A stretch of DNA of 64,000 bases, taken from positions 1,984,001 through 2,048,000 of the forward strand of contig OZ244621.1 of the NCBI GenBank assembly GCA_965218425.1. The letters run 5' to 3'. This document shows, one piece after another, positions 38,281-48,811 of this stretch (the first letter of the stretch is position 1; each line of letters begins with the position of its first letter). The DNA is from an uncultured Candidatus Binatia bacterium (lineage in GTDB: Bacteria > Desulfobacterota > Binatia > UBA9968 > CAXXLF01). The translations under genes and the position numbers were made by a program. The notes under the pieces were generated by a model. It did no database searches. It was not told the DNA's origin and saw only the letters and a list, made by a program, of their open reading frames with translations.

Positions 38281-39540
38281 TCAGGCGCTGTACTCCACCG
38301 GCATGGGCACCTGATGCGTAAGGCGCACGTCTTTTCCGGTGCGAGACGATTCCATAAGGCCAGTGATGAGTTCGAGGGTGGCCATACCCCAGGCTCCGTC
38401 ATGGTACACGGGAGTGCCGTTTACCACCGCATTGTAGAGTTCTAGCAAGTCCTCAGTGCCGGCCCGGTACTGAGTCTCGCCCATATCGAGGTCCTCCTTA
38501 CCGCTATCGCGGTAGATGTATAACCCAAACTTGGACTGCCGCAGCTCACCCCGCTCGCAGGTGGCAATGAGGATCCCCAGGTTCGCCGGCACCCAGGGCT
38601 TGCGCTCCTTCGGGCGCTCGCGCCAGGTGCGGCGCTCGTGTTCCGATCCGATGCGGAGGTCCTGCTTTGCCGCAAACTCGTTTCGGGTGCCCGCCTTTAT
38701 CTGCTTTCGCACCTCGATCCTCTGCTCCGGGGTATAGCGCTCCAGGATTCCTCGCTCATCACCCCAGGGCACCAGCTCAGCGGTCATGGTATACCCGTAT
38801 CCGCCGTTCACCACGATGGAACTCACTCCGCTTTCAAACTCGATAAACGCAGAGTAGTAGCCTGGCGCCGCGCGCTCGGGCCACCAATTACCCACGGTGC
38901 CGCGGATGGTTTTGGCCATCCCACCGCCCAGGAGTCGCACCGAGTCGAGCTGGTGAGGTCCCTGCCGGTAGAGGAGTCCCCCACCGCGCGACTCATCCAG
39001 CTCTTCAGGTTGGCGCGCCTGAAGCATCCAGTCCGTGTAGGTAAAAATATTGACGGCCTTGAGAGGCCCTAGCTCGCCCGACTGGATGATGCGCCGCATT
39101 TGCATCACCGGCGGGCTGAACCCAATGGTGTGACCGCACAGGAGCTTGACGTTGTTTTTCGCCGCGGCCTCCACCATCTGCTCGGCTTCCACCATGTTCA
39201 ATGCCATGGGTTTCTCCGAAACCACGTGCTTTCCCGAGTTTGCCGCAAGCACCGTGTGGGGGAAGTGGAGGTAGTTGGGTGTCGACACCCAGACTGCGTC
39301 CACATTGGGGTCCGCGCATAGACCCTCGGGGCTGTCATACACTTTGGCTTCCGGATACCGCTTGGCAAAAGCTTCCCGGACCTCGGAGCTAATATCCGCT
39401 CCCGCCACCAGATGGATCTCCGGTATGGACTCCATCTGGGGCATGATCTGGGTCGCACCCACGCCGATCCCAATGATACCCATTCTGAGGGGCTTCGTCG
39501 GCCCTCCAACCTTCGAGCCGGACTGTTGGGCTGCCGTCAT
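38281..39540 (-). CDS. Gfo/Idh/MocA oxidoreductase (phthalate cis-dihydrodiol dehydrogenase-like)
   Basis: GIIGIG, STPN..H, GKHV.SEKPMA, YTDW....R..EEL....GGG....QGPHQ.D.VRLLGGG. Confidence 0.85.
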   Translation of the reverse strand: MTAAQQSGSKVGGPTKPLRMGIIGIGVGATQIMPQMESIPEIHLVAGADISSEVREAFAKRYPEAKVYDSPEGLCADPNVDAVWVSTPNYLHFPHTVLAANSGKHVVSEKPMALNMVEAEQMVEAAAKNNVKLLCGHTIGFSPPVMQMRRIIQSGELGPLKAVNIFTYTDWMLQARQPEELDESRGGGLLYRQGPHQLDSVRLLGGGMAKTIRGTVGNWWPERAAPGYYSAFIEFESGVSSIVVNGGYGYTMTAELVPWGDERGILERYTPEQRIEVRKQIKAGTRNEFAAKQDLRIGSEHERRTWRERPKERKPWVPANLGILIATCERGELRQSKFGLYIYRDSGKEDLDMGETQYRAGTEDLLELYNAVVNGTPVYHDGAWGMATLELITGLMESSRTGKDVRLTHQVPMPVEYSA

Positions 39541-39974
39541 GTCGTCTCCTTATTCCTATCCCACATTCCCTCGAAGCTACCTGTTACGCCCAACCCCGGA
39601 ACCTTGTCAAGACTGACCGGGCTATTCAATCGTTGCCGACAGATTGCTCAACCGAAAGACCTCAGAAAACCGGCTATCAGCTCGCTAGTGCTGAGGACTG
39701 AGCGAGAACAGTAAAGAGACAGCAGACTATGGACAACGAACTTCAGACTCCCGGTCGTCAATCCCCCAACCCCAGTAAGAGGTGACCAGTCGGTAGCCGC
39801 CCGTCCCGTAGTCGGTTTGCGCTTTGCGCCTTGCTATTCCCATCGTCTGCTTAAATCTCCGGTTAATTGCTCCTGCTCGTTTCCCAATTACTCAGTACTT
39901 GCTCCTCAGCACTGAATTGTGCTTTGCGGGCTTGGCGTCTTAGCGCGATAAACTTCCTTAATTTGGAGTGGAAA

Positions 39975-40047
<73 letters not shown>

Positions 40048-40183
40048 GCGCTAGCAAGGTTGGCTACTCGGTCATTTCAACCGAGTTGGGGCTTTCTTGT
40101 TAGCATGCAGCCGACCGATTTTGCAATATCTTTTCACCGGTGGCGCCGTTAAACTATCTGGATTGGCCACCGCAACAACCCTG

Positions 40184-40395
40184 CTATTTTACCCCCGCCA
40201 ATTTCTTGTACATCTTAAGGGTCTTGGGAGAGGTTTGCGACAGCTGCTTCATGTCCGCCTCGATTTTCTGCCACGATGAACGAGACACGATTATCCCCCG
40301 ACGCTCCGCGTCTTTTTCAAACTCTGGGCTATTGAAGGTCTTTTTGAACGCCTCCCGAAGGATTGCCAGTCGCTGCGGTGGCACTCCCGGCGTGG
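40184..40395 (-). pseudogene. C-terminal remnant of a TctC/Bug-type binding protein
   Basis: PGVPPQRLAILREAFKKTFNSPEF..DA.R...; no homologous N-terminal part. Confidence 0.55.
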
Positions 40396-40536
40396 GCACG
40401 GAATGAGATGGGGCTGGAGAAACGGCTATGAGCCCAAGGGGGTGCAAAGCGAGGCGAAACTGGCGCGATGAATAGTAATCAGGTCCTCCGAAAAAGAGAA
40501 ACAGAGTACCGATTATTAACAGAGCATAGCTGATGG

Positions 40537-41496
40537 CTAACGTTTCAGATCGTTGGCTTTCTTTTCGATGAAGTCAATGATTTGGCCTTCGAGGTGGGCG
40601 CTGTCGAGGGCGTTGATTTCCTGGACGCAGGTGGGGCTTGTTACATTGATTTCCGTTACATAATCGCCGATAACATCAAGACCGACAAAATAGAGACCCA
40701 ATTTTTTAAATGGCTCGGACAGGACACGGCAGATCTCACGATCTCTCGACATGATCTTGGCCCGGACGGAGTCGCCCCCTACGTGGAGGTTGGCCCGGGT
40801 TTCGTCCTCCTTCGGCACTCGCAACACCGCTCCGATGGGCTCGCCGTTGAGCACGAGAACCCGCTTGTCCCCTATACGTATCTCAGGAAGGTAGCGCTGG
40901 CCCATCACCGGAGTCTTCCCCTCCACCGTAGCGAGTTCCAACACAGCGTTCAGGTTCCGATCCTTGAGATTAAGGTGGAAAACCCCTTGTCCACCACAGC
41001 CCTCCAAGGGCTTCACGATCATCTCGCCGTCTTGTTCCTCCATAAATTCTTTCAGGCGCGGGATGCTGCTGGTAATAATGGACGGCGGAATGATCTCAGG
41101 AAAGTTGAGAGCGTAGAGTTTTTCCGTGGCTTCCCTGAGGCCCATTGGATTGTTCACCACAAGACATTTCCGATGGTCAACAAGGCTTAATAGGTGGGTT
41201 GCGAAAAAGTAGTTGAGGTCAAAGGGTGGGTCTTTACGCATCAATACGACGTCAAACCATTCGAGAGGTTGTGTGCCGGCCGTCCCGAACTGGAAGTGAG
41301 GGTTGGCCCGGGCGACGTTGATCCTGCGAAACTGTGCTACGGGCGTCGCGTTCCTAACATATAGATCCTGTTGGCCCATGTAATAGATCTCATGCCCCCT
41401 GGCCTGTGCCTCGAGCATCAGGACAAAGGTGGTGTCCTTTTCGATGTCGATCTTCTCGATCGGATCCATTATGATGCCAAATCTTAAATTAGACAT
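40537..41496 (-). CDS. gshB: Glutathione synthase
   Basis: IMDPI, KDTT..L..EAQ.RG, MRKDPP, EKL, KPLEG.GG.G, GDKR, R.NL..GG, GLD.IG...TEINVTSPT. Confidence 0.95.
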   Translation of the reverse strand: MSNLRFGIIMDPIEKIDIEKDTTFVLMLEAQARGHEIYYMGQQDLYVRNATPVAQFRRINVARANPHFQFGTAGTQPLEWFDVVLMRKDPPFDLNYFFATHLLSLVDHRKCLVVNNPMGLREATEKLYALNFPEIIPPSIITSSIPRLKEFMEEQDGEMIVKPLEGCGGQGVFHLNLKDRNLNAVLELATVEGKTPVMGQRYLPEIRIGDKRVLVLNGEPIGAVLRVPKEDETRANLHVGGDSVRAKIMSRDREICRVLSEPFKKLGLYFVGLDVIGDYVTEINVTSPTCVQEINALDSAHLEGQIIDFIEKKANDLKR

Positions 41497-41731
41497 ATCA
41501 AGTCAGCCCTCAGCTATCAGCTAAGAAGTGTTGAGTGTTAAGTCTAGGATGCAGGGGGTTGGGTATGAGGTGCTGGAAGCCGGACATTTCGGTCGAGCAT
41601 TATCCGGGTTAAAGGTTCGATCGGCCCTATCTCATGTGTCTCCCTGCGCCCGACGTCCCATCTCCTTTCACTTTCTTCCCTACCCTCCACACCTATTACT
41701 CAGTCCTCAGCACTCGCTACCCAGTGCTAAT

Positions 41732-42490
41732 TCAGAGCTGGCCTTCGAAAGAAGGGCTACCTCTCCAGTCTCTTACGACCCAGGTGCGCGCAAGCAGATC
41801 ATGCCATGCTCGCTTTTCACGGCTCAGGAGAATCCACAAAAACCCAACCCCGAAAAAGAAGAACAACACACAACCAAACCATCGCACCACGGCCTGAGGG
41901 TAGGAGACGGGGGATTTGTTAGCGCCCACAACCCTTAATCCCAGGATCCACTTCCCAACGGTGGTTCCCGCCATCCCGTGCAACAGGACAAAGTATCCGC
42001 TCACTAGAAAAAACCAAGACAGAACAAAGAATTGCAAAAAGGAGACGAATCGGTCAAACGTAACCGTCTGGTCATGCGCCGTGAGCCCGACGCTATAGCC
42101 GACATAGAGCATATAATAGAGAAGGTATGAAAAAAGAGCCACAACTACCATGTCAATGTAAAAGGCTATGACCCTGCGGTGAAATCCTCCCCAACGGACC
42201 TCTCCGGCTTTTACTTCTTCGCTCTTAAGTATCCCATGGAGTCGATCAAACTCCTCATCGATTTGAAGCTTCACTCCCAACGGGCCTTGAGGACGAATCG
42301 TCGGTTGTACCGGGACGGGCACTGGCTTTTCCACCGAAGCGCTTTCAAGAGAAGCGCTCTCAGCGTCTTTCTTTTCACGGGTTTGGGACACACCACTGGA
42401 CCTCGCACGCTCCGTGGCCCAATCGGCCCCGCAGCGCTTGCAGCTGTCTAAATTGTCAAAGGTTAAAAATCCGCACTTAGGACACTTCAT
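41732..42490 (-). CDS. RDD family membrane protein with N-terminal zinc ribbon
   Basis: CPKC...CKRC; GGFHRR..A..ID, TVGK..LGLRVV, RAWHD..A.T.V. Confidence 0.88.
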   Translation of the reverse strand: MKCPKCGFLTFDNLDSCKRCGADWATERARSSGVSQTREKKDAESASLESASVEKPVPVPVQPTIRPQGPLGVKLQIDEEFDRLHGILKSEEVKAGEVRWGGFHRRVIAFYIDMVVVALFSYLLYYMLYVGYSVGLTAHDQTVTFDRFVSFLQFFVLSWFFLVSGYFVLLHGMAGTTVGKWILGLRVVGANKSPVSYPQAVVRWFGCVLFFFFGVGFLWILLSREKRAWHDLLARTWVVRDWRGSPSFEGQL

Positions 42491-42645
42491 GACATTGAAC
42501 CTATGCTAATGTAACTGACGCCACACAGCAAGCCCGGGTATTTTACTCTCAGCTTCCAGCTGTTCGCTAAATAGGACAGAGTATATAGGAGAAAATCAAG
42601 GGGAATTACCGCAGACTCACGCAGAACAACACGGACAAAGATTTT

Positions 42646-42755
42646 TTCACCGCGGATTAACGCGGATAGTTTATCGCGCCAAGACACCAAGCGCGCAAAG
42701 AAAGGCGATCTTCTATTTTTTCCGGACCTGGCGGCCCGTGCGGCTTTGCGCCAGT
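42646..42755 (-). repeat. Dispersed CGCAAAG/CGCCAAG palindromic repeat, homologous to 49889-50008
   Basis: Reverse complement aligns over about 110 bp with the 49.9 kb copy; shorter units at about 39925, 44450, 46258 and 61216. Confidence 0.65.
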
Positions 42756-42790
42756 CGCCTTTTCTGTCATCCCTTCTTGCTGTTTCCTGC

Positions 42791-43561
42791 TCACTGCCTA
42801 CTGCCAACTGGATTCACCGCGTTCCCCAGGTCGCCCCAGAGATACTGCACGATGGCGAGAACCGCAACAGCGACGGTCTCGGTCCTCAGAATTCTTTTTC
42901 CTAACTGGACGGTGTGGAAGCCGTGATGGGAGGCCCGTTTCACCTCCTCCGTGGTAAACCCTCCCTCGGGACCAATCACCAGCAGGAGCGAAGATAAATG
43001 TTCTCGCTCCGCTTGCAATTGACTCAAGCCCAATACCGACTCCTGCGGACAAAAGAGGATTTTCAAGTCACAGGACCAGTCTTTTTGAATCACCTCATCA
43101 AAGTCGCAAAACTCCAGGATCTGTGGGATCCTGGTTCGCCCGGATTGTTTCGCGGCACTGACGGCGATCTTTTCCCAGCGGGAACGTCGCTTGTGCATCT
43201 TATCCCCAGTAAGCCGAGGTACCGTGTAAGAAGAAAAAAAAGGAAGGACTGCCTGCACCCCCAGCTCCGTTGCCTTCTCCACCACCCAATCCATCTTCTC
43301 ACCCTTGCCCATGGCCTGTGCTAACGTGACATCCAGGGGCGACTCTCGCCTTGGCTGGTAGGAACGCAGGATTTCCAACTCTGCGACCCGGGTGCCGTAG
43401 GCTTGGATGATCGCCTCGTGCTCCCGTCCGTCGTCGTCAAAAAGGGTCACGCTGTCGCCTGGCTTTAAGCGCAGCACTTTCTTCATGTGTTCAAATTCGG
43501 GTCCGGTGAGCGTCTCCTTCTTGCCTTGGATATTTTCTTTGGCGAGGTAGAAGCGGGCCAC
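42791..43561 (-). CDS. rsmE: 16S rRNA (uracil(1498)-N3)-methyltransferase
   Basis: H..KVLRL..GD, K..KMD..VEKATELGV, AAKQS.R, IGPEGGF, LG.RILRTET. Confidence 0.93.
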   Translation of the reverse strand: MARFYLAKENIQGKKETLTGPEFEHMKKVLRLKPGDSVTLFDDDGREHEAIIQAYGTRVAELEILRSYQPRRESPLDVTLAQAMGKGEKMDWVVEKATELGVQAVLPFFSSYTVPRLTGDKMHKRRSRWEKIAVSAAKQSGRTRIPQILEFCDFDEVIQKDWSCDLKILFCPQESVLGLSQLQAEREHLSSLLLVIGPEGGFTTEEVKRASHHGFHTVQLGKRILRTETVAVAVLAIVQYLWGDLGNAVNPVGSRQ

Positions 43562-43563
43562 CT

Positions 43564-44430
43564 TTAAGCCTCTCGATTAAACACCAATGTCACCCACCCC
43601 TTGCTACTCTTTTGACGAAGGAGGACGAATGGTTTTTTGAAGCAGCCCATCACTTCGTCCAACTGCGGTGTCAGGATACCTGAAATAATTAGATAACCTC
43701 CACGGGCCACTCTCTTTTTGAGCACGGAGGCGAGACCGACAATCACGTCTGCCGTTAGATTCGCAACCACGAGCGTGAAGGGACGGCTAATACGCTCCGG
43801 TCCCGAGTTGGTCAGGGAAACCGCCTTCCCTACCCCATTTCGGCGCACATTTGTCCGTGCAACCTTGAGGGCAATGGGATCGTTGTCCAGAGCAAGAATC
43901 TCTTTAACTCCCATCTTGGCCATGGCAATAGCCAGTATCCCCGATCCGGTTCCCACATCAAGGGCGTTCGTAATTCGAGGGCAGGCGCGTACGACGCCTT
44001 CTAGAAATTCCAGACAACCACGCGTGGTGGCATGGGTACCTGTGCCGAAGGCCATGCCCGGTTCGATCTGGATCACTTTGCGCCGCGTGGTCTGTACTGG
44101 AATAAGCCAGGGAGGAGCAATCAAAAACCCCCTGGCGACCTTTTGCGGCGTGAAGAACCTGCGCCAGGAGTTGTTCCAGTTCTTATCTTTCAATACCGTC
44201 CAACGCAGCGAGTATCTGGTGTCTTCGGGATAAATCTCATTGATACCTCTCAGGAAGCGGCGGATATCGCCTTTAAGCGTGGAACCGCCGCCTGCGGAAG
44301 GGAAAAATGCACGCACTTCGTTTTCCTTGAGGACGACTCCAGGAGATCCCCTCTCGATGAGGAAGTTGGCAATGGTGTCCAGGGCCGCCGGCGCCGCCTT
44401 GAGGGAGAGCTGCAACCACGAGGTTGTCAC
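43564..44430 (-). CDS. prmA: 50S ribosomal protein L11 methyltransferase
   Basis: NW...WR..F.P, IEPGMAFGTGTH.TT, LDVGTGSGIL, VANL, ISGIL; probable GTG start at 44430. Confidence 0.93.
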   Translation of the reverse strand: MTTSWLQLSLKAAPAALDTIANFLIERGSPGVVLKENEVRAFFPSAGGGSTLKGDIRRFLRGINEIYPEDTRYSLRWTVLKDKNWNNSWRRFFTPQKVARGFLIAPPWLIPVQTTRRKVIQIEPGMAFGTGTHATTRGCLEFLEGVVRACPRITNALDVGTGSGILAIAMAKMGVKEILALDNDPIALKVARTNVRRNGVGKAVSLTNSGPERISRPFTLVVANLTADVIVGLASVLKKRVARGGYLIISGILTPQLDEVMGCFKKPFVLLRQKSSKGWVTLVFNREA

Positions 44431-44688
44431 AGAAGAGTTATGACATAGGCGGCGCGAAGGCGCAAAGGACGCCAAGACAGAATAGCGCGCAGAGGGCAAG
44501 GCGAGGACGGGGGAAGTAAGACAGTAGGCACTAGGCAGTGGGCAAAACACTAAGAATTATTAACCGCAGATTTACGCCGACTGGAATACAGCAAAGGGCA
44601 TGGCACATAGCGTTTTTTTTGTATTACTGAACGAAAAAAAGGGGTGGGGAGTCTATTTAAGCCCACGGAGCGGCGGCTGGCCTTTGAA

Positions 44689-45831
44689 TCAATCGAGCAG
44701 CTTGCCAGTCCAAAGCTCGTTTAGGAATTGGATCGGCGGAATGATCTCCGTTCCGTCATCGGCCCTGCGACGCCTCCTTTCCCGACATATCACGATCTTT
44801 CTCTTCAGTTTCCGTTCCTCGCTCAAGGCATACAATCCCTTGTAGTCGCGCGGAGACACTCGGGCTTTAGATTTCACTTCAATACCGACCTCGTCTCCCA
44901 CCAAAAAATCCACTTCGAATTGGGAACGACTACGCCAGTACGTAAGCTCATGGTTGAGTCTGTGATAATCCAGAAAACTTCTGAGTTCCAAAAATATGAG
45001 ATGCTTTAAGGCTCGGCCGTAGGCATCTGAGCCCTCTTCGATTACGGTAGTCCGTTTTAATATGTTAGCGACGCCAACATCGAAAATGTAGAACTTGGCG
45101 GTGACGACCGGCTTGCGCTTGGAAGTCTTCCGATAAGCCGGAAGCTGATGTCCGACCAATGTGTCTTCCAAAATCTGATAATGCTCTCGAACGGTTCTAG
45201 GCGGAAACCCCGCGTCGCTCGCAACTGCAGTAAAGTTAACCTGTTCTCCGCTGGTGAGACCAGCTACTTCAAGGAAGCGGGAAAAATTCTCAATCGACCG
45301 GGTCAAACCCTCAGCTCTGATCTCCTCCGTGAGATAGGTGCCAACGTAGGCTTTTAAGTCTTCCTGGTAATGCCTGGAATCAACTATAGCTGGTAGGCTG
45401 CCGCGATTGAGCCGATCCACTAACCTTGGTCTGCTCAGCTCGGCTGACACTAGCGGATGGAGGCGGCAGATCCATGCGCGCCCGCCGAGAAGATTTGCGG
45501 CGCCTCGTTTAAGCTTTCTTGCACTGCTCCCGGTGAGAATAACCCGCAGTTTCTTATTCCGCTCAATTAACAGCTGGATCTCATCAAGGAGAGCGGGAAG
45601 TTTTTGAATTTCGTCGACAACGACTAGTAGCTGTTGGGGATTGAGTGTTTGTCGCAGGTATTCCGGACGAGCGCTAAGTTCACGGAATGTATCGGCTTCC
45701 AGAAGGTCGTAAAAGGCAGCTTCTGGGAAGGTCTCGCGCACCAAAGTACTCTTGCCAGTCTGGCGGGGACCGAAAAGGAACACGGATTTGTGCTTGATGA
45801 TTTCCCTAAGGTTGAGAATCCGTTTGTACAT
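44689..45831 (-). CDS. AAA+ ATPase (AAA_14 + DUF4143 type)
   Basis: GPRQTGKST Walker A, VVDEIQK, LTGSS, KFY.FD.G, YWR....EVDF, EVK. Confidence 0.88.
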   Translation of the reverse strand: MYKRILNLREIIKHKSVFLFGPRQTGKSTLVRETFPEAAFYDLLEADTFRELSARPEYLRQTLNPQQLLVVVDEIQKLPALLDEIQLLIERNKKLRVILTGSSARKLKRGAANLLGGRAWICRLHPLVSAELSRPRLVDRLNRGSLPAIVDSRHYQEDLKAYVGTYLTEEIRAEGLTRSIENFSRFLEVAGLTSGEQVNFTAVASDAGFPPRTVREHYQILEDTLVGHQLPAYRKTSKRKPVVTAKFYIFDVGVANILKRTTVIEEGSDAYGRALKHLIFLELRSFLDYHRLNHELTYWRSRSQFEVDFLVGDEVGIEVKSKARVSPRDYKGLYALSEERKLKRKIVICRERRRRRADDGTEIIPPIQFLNELWTGKLLD

Positions 45832-45960
45832 TCCGGCAGCTACATTGCCAGATTTCATGAAAATCCGCAAGTATATTGCCGAATTGTATAGATATGTTTT
45901 TCGAGACACCGCTTGATGAGCTTGTTGGAAAGCAATCAGCAAAAATAGTGGAAAGGGTAA

Positions 45961-46185
45961 TTAACAACTGGCGATTTTTCGGCAAACTTCAGACCAGGGA
46001 ATAGGCTTGACCTTTCCTGAGTCGAGATTCTTCAATTGGCGATCAATTTCGGCGTGCCAAGCTGTTTCGGCGTCTTCGTCAACTTCCCGGTCGAGGCTGT
46101 CGAAAAGAAACCCTGCAAGTGCCACTCTAGCTTCAGGAGGTAATTTTAATGTCACTTTTAGAAGATCATGTGGGTCCTGTTTCAT
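45961..46185 (-). CDS. Addiction-module (putative antitoxin) protein
   Basis: LKLPPEAR..LA..L.DSL......E.AW..EI.R......SG.VK.IPWSEV. Confidence 0.8.
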   Translation of the reverse strand: MKQDPHDLLKVTLKLPPEARVALAGFLFDSLDREVDEDAETAWHAEIDRQLKNLDSGKVKPIPWSEVCRKIASC

Positions 46186-46257
46186 ATTCCGCATCATACA
46201 CATGGGGTCAATTCGATTCAATCTTTCAAAAAAAGGCAAAGAGCATATAGCGGAACG

Positions 46258-46604
46258 TCTCGCGCAAAGACGCAAAGGACACCAAGTCTGGAGAACAAAT
46301 ATTCACCGCAGAGACGTCCCTCGACTGGGCTCGGGACCCTGAGCTTGTCGAAGGGCAGAGGGCACCGAGAGAAACCCGAGATCAGTCCTCAGAGGTCAGA
46401 GATTAACTAGGAAAATCAACTTTCTGTTTGTCGGGAGACGGCGACAAACAGAAACATCTATCATATGAAAGATAACGCTTTTGCCCAATCGTCGTCTCTC
46501 GATTGGGCAAAATTTCTTTCTTTGGCGCCCTTTGCGCCTTCGCGCATGTGCTCTTTTCTGCGCCATGCGCTTTGCTTCTTGCTGTCCGCAGTCCCGTGGT
46601 TAAT
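46258..46604. repeat. Composite palindromic dispersed element, copy 3
   Basis: Two perfect 13-bp stems (46421-46454 and 46479-46512) with complementary loops, flanked by CGCAAAG units. Confidence 0.8.
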
Positions 46605-46755
46605 AGTCTGTAGTCCTATCTTCGCTCCGATACTCAGTACTGTTGGACGCTTCGCGCTCTCCCAATACCCCTTTATTTTAAGAACGTTTTGGAATAGATT
46701 ACACGGGCGTATCCGTACCGTCGGGGGATACAACCTATTGTATCGGGAGGGTCCC

Positions 46756-47667
46756 ATGCTTCCTGAGCATGATAATTTCTACGATGTTTTCTCCAAGGCC
46801 AAAAGGATTAAGTTCCGTTGGCCCGAGGGTAAAAGGCTGTGCGTCAACCTGACGGGAAACCTTGAGGCCTGGACCGAAACGCCAGATCCCAAGCTCAGGA
46901 GGACCCGCCATGTGGGTGGGACATCACCCCTAACCGCAGAGGATCTTAGGTGTCGCTACGATTTCAGGACAGCTAGCGAGAACGACTATGGAGGAAGGAC
47001 TGGAGTGTGGAGGATCTTGAGAATACTAAAAAAGCATGGACTGCGGGGATCTTTCAACGTTAATGGATTGGCCACCATTAGATACCCCGATGCAGTAAAG
47101 AACGTGCATGCCGACGGACATGAGATCGTTGGACATAGCTACGCCGAAGACATCCAGCTGGTCCAATTGTCGAAGGAGCAAGAAAAAGAAGAGATCCGGA
47201 CCTGTATCAAGATTTTCCAGGACATGGTGGGAGAACGCCCCTACGGGTGGCTGACTTCCGGTATGAGACATACCGAATATACCTTGGAGATCCTGGCTCA
47301 GGAGGGTTTCCTGTGGCACGGGGACGCGGTCAACGACGATGTCCCTTATCCCATTGATATCCACGGGAAAACTATTATGGAGCTACCGTACCGCAACTCC
47401 ATCAGCGGTCTCAACGATACCGGCATGTATCGAAGCGGTAGGACGGCGAGGGATATACTCCAGGCCTTCAAAGATGAATTCGACGTGCTCTACGAGGAAT
47501 CCCAAACCGAGCCGAAGATGCTGACCCTGGCCATGCACTGCCAGATGGCTTTTCCGGCCACGGGGAAACTCTACGATGAGGCCATCCAATACGCCAAGTC
47601 TTTCCCCGATGTCTGGTTTGCCCGAAGGATTGACATTGCCCGCTGGATCTTGGAAAACAGGCGATGA
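46756..47667 (+). CDS. Polysaccharide deacetylase family protein (PuuE-like)
   Basis: WPEGKR, YGGRTGVWRIL, GHEIVGHSY, RPYGW, D...DDVPY, DEFD.LY.E; GGAGG RBS before ATG 46756. Confidence 0.88.
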   Translation: MLPEHDNFYDVFSKAKRIKFRWPEGKRLCVNLTGNLEAWTETPDPKLRRTRHVGGTSPLTAEDLRCRYDFRTASENDYGGRTGVWRILRILKKHGLRGSFNVNGLATIRYPDAVKNVHADGHEIVGHSYAEDIQLVQLSKEQEKEEIRTCIKIFQDMVGERPYGWLTSGMRHTEYTLEILAQEGFLWHGDAVNDDVPYPIDIHGKTIMELPYRNSISGLNDTGMYRSGRTARDILQAFKDEFDVLYEESQTEPKMLTLAMHCQMAFPATGKLYDEAIQYAKSFPDVWFARRIDIARWILENRR

Positions 47668-47694
47668 AACCTCCTCGCATAGAAAGGTAGACCA

Positions 47695-48750
47695 ATGGCG
47701 GAAGAGAAATCCATCGAGCGTAAATCTTGCTATGAGCTTTTCCTGGAAAATGAGGGGTTGCCCGTCATCCGGGATTTCTTCATTAAAGACGTTCGCAGGG
47801 TTCCGCTGGAACGGTGGGAGCGAAAGGGCGGTTACGGAGTTTACTTAAATCTTATTGGAACCGGCAATATCAATGACGCCTACATTTGTGAGATCCCGCC
47901 GGGGAAAAACCTCAATCCGGAGCGGTGCCTTTTTGAGGAGATGATCTATGTGGCAAGCGGCCGGGGAGCAACCACGGTTTGGCAGGACAACGGACAAAAG
48001 CAGACCTTTGAATGGCAGCAGGGTAGTCTCTTCTCCCCGCCCATAAATACCTGGCGCCAGCATTTCAACGGCAGCGGCGACACCCCTACCCGGTTTCTAT
48101 CGGTCACCAGCGCGCCCGTGGTGATGAACCTCTTTCACAATCTCGACTTCGTCTTTAATACCCCCTTCTCCTTTAATGATCGCTTCGATGCCCAAGAAGG
48201 CTATTTTTCCGGAAAGGGAGAGTCCTATACACAGAGGGTTTGGGAAACCAATTTTGTCCCCAACGTTGCCACTTTTCCTCTCAAAGAGTGGAAGGAAAGG
48301 GGTGCGGGAGGGACCAATATTAGGTTTGAATTATCGGATAATACCATGGCCGCCCATATCTCCGAGTTTCCTGTGGGCACCTACAAGAAGGCCCACCGTC
48401 ACGGGGCGGGAGCCCACGTGATTATTATCGGGGGCAAAGGGTATTCACTCCTATGGCCAGAGGGGTTCCCCATCGAGAGATACGACTGGCAGGAGGGAAG
48501 CATCGTTGTACCTCCGGAATTATGGTTCCATCAGCACTTCAATGCCGGTGCAACTCCGGCCCGCTATCTCGCGCTGCGTTGGGGAAGCAGGAAAAACCCA
48601 TTTCTCACAGAGTTCAAGACCGATGAGAGCGTCAAGGAGGGCGGAGACCAGATCGAGTATGAAGACGAAAACCTTCAAGTTCGTACCATGTTCGAAGAGG
48701 CCGTCCACAAAGCAGGTATCGAAAGCAAAATGGCAAAATTCTATGTTTAG
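47695..48750 (+). CDS. Bicupin protein (gentisate-dioxygenase-like cupin)
   Basis: EEMIYV..G.G.T.VW, QHFN, KAHRH..GAH, WFHQHFN. Confidence 0.82.
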   Translation: MAEEKSIERKSCYELFLENEGLPVIRDFFIKDVRRVPLERWERKGGYGVYLNLIGTGNINDAYICEIPPGKNLNPERCLFEEMIYVASGRGATTVWQDNGQKQTFEWQQGSLFSPPINTWRQHFNGSGDTPTRFLSVTSAPVVMNLFHNLDFVFNTPFSFNDRFDAQEGYFSGKGESYTQRVWETNFVPNVATFPLKEWKERGAGGTNIRFELSDNTMAAHISEFPVGTYKKAHRHGAGAHVIIIGGKGYSLLWPEGFPIERYDWQEGSIVVPPELWFHQHFNAGATPARYLALRWGSRKNPFLTEFKTDESVKEGGDQIEYEDENLQVRTMFEEAVHKAGIESKMAKFYV

Positions 48751-48811
48751 AAAATGACTCGCGGTTAATTGATCTTAACGATCGAGGCTATGCAGAACAA
48801 AGGAGGGATCT

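Noticed and set aside
46465..46755. N-terminal extension of the deacetylase ORF
   Set aside because: It runs through repeat DNA; the GGAGG RBS supports ATG 46756
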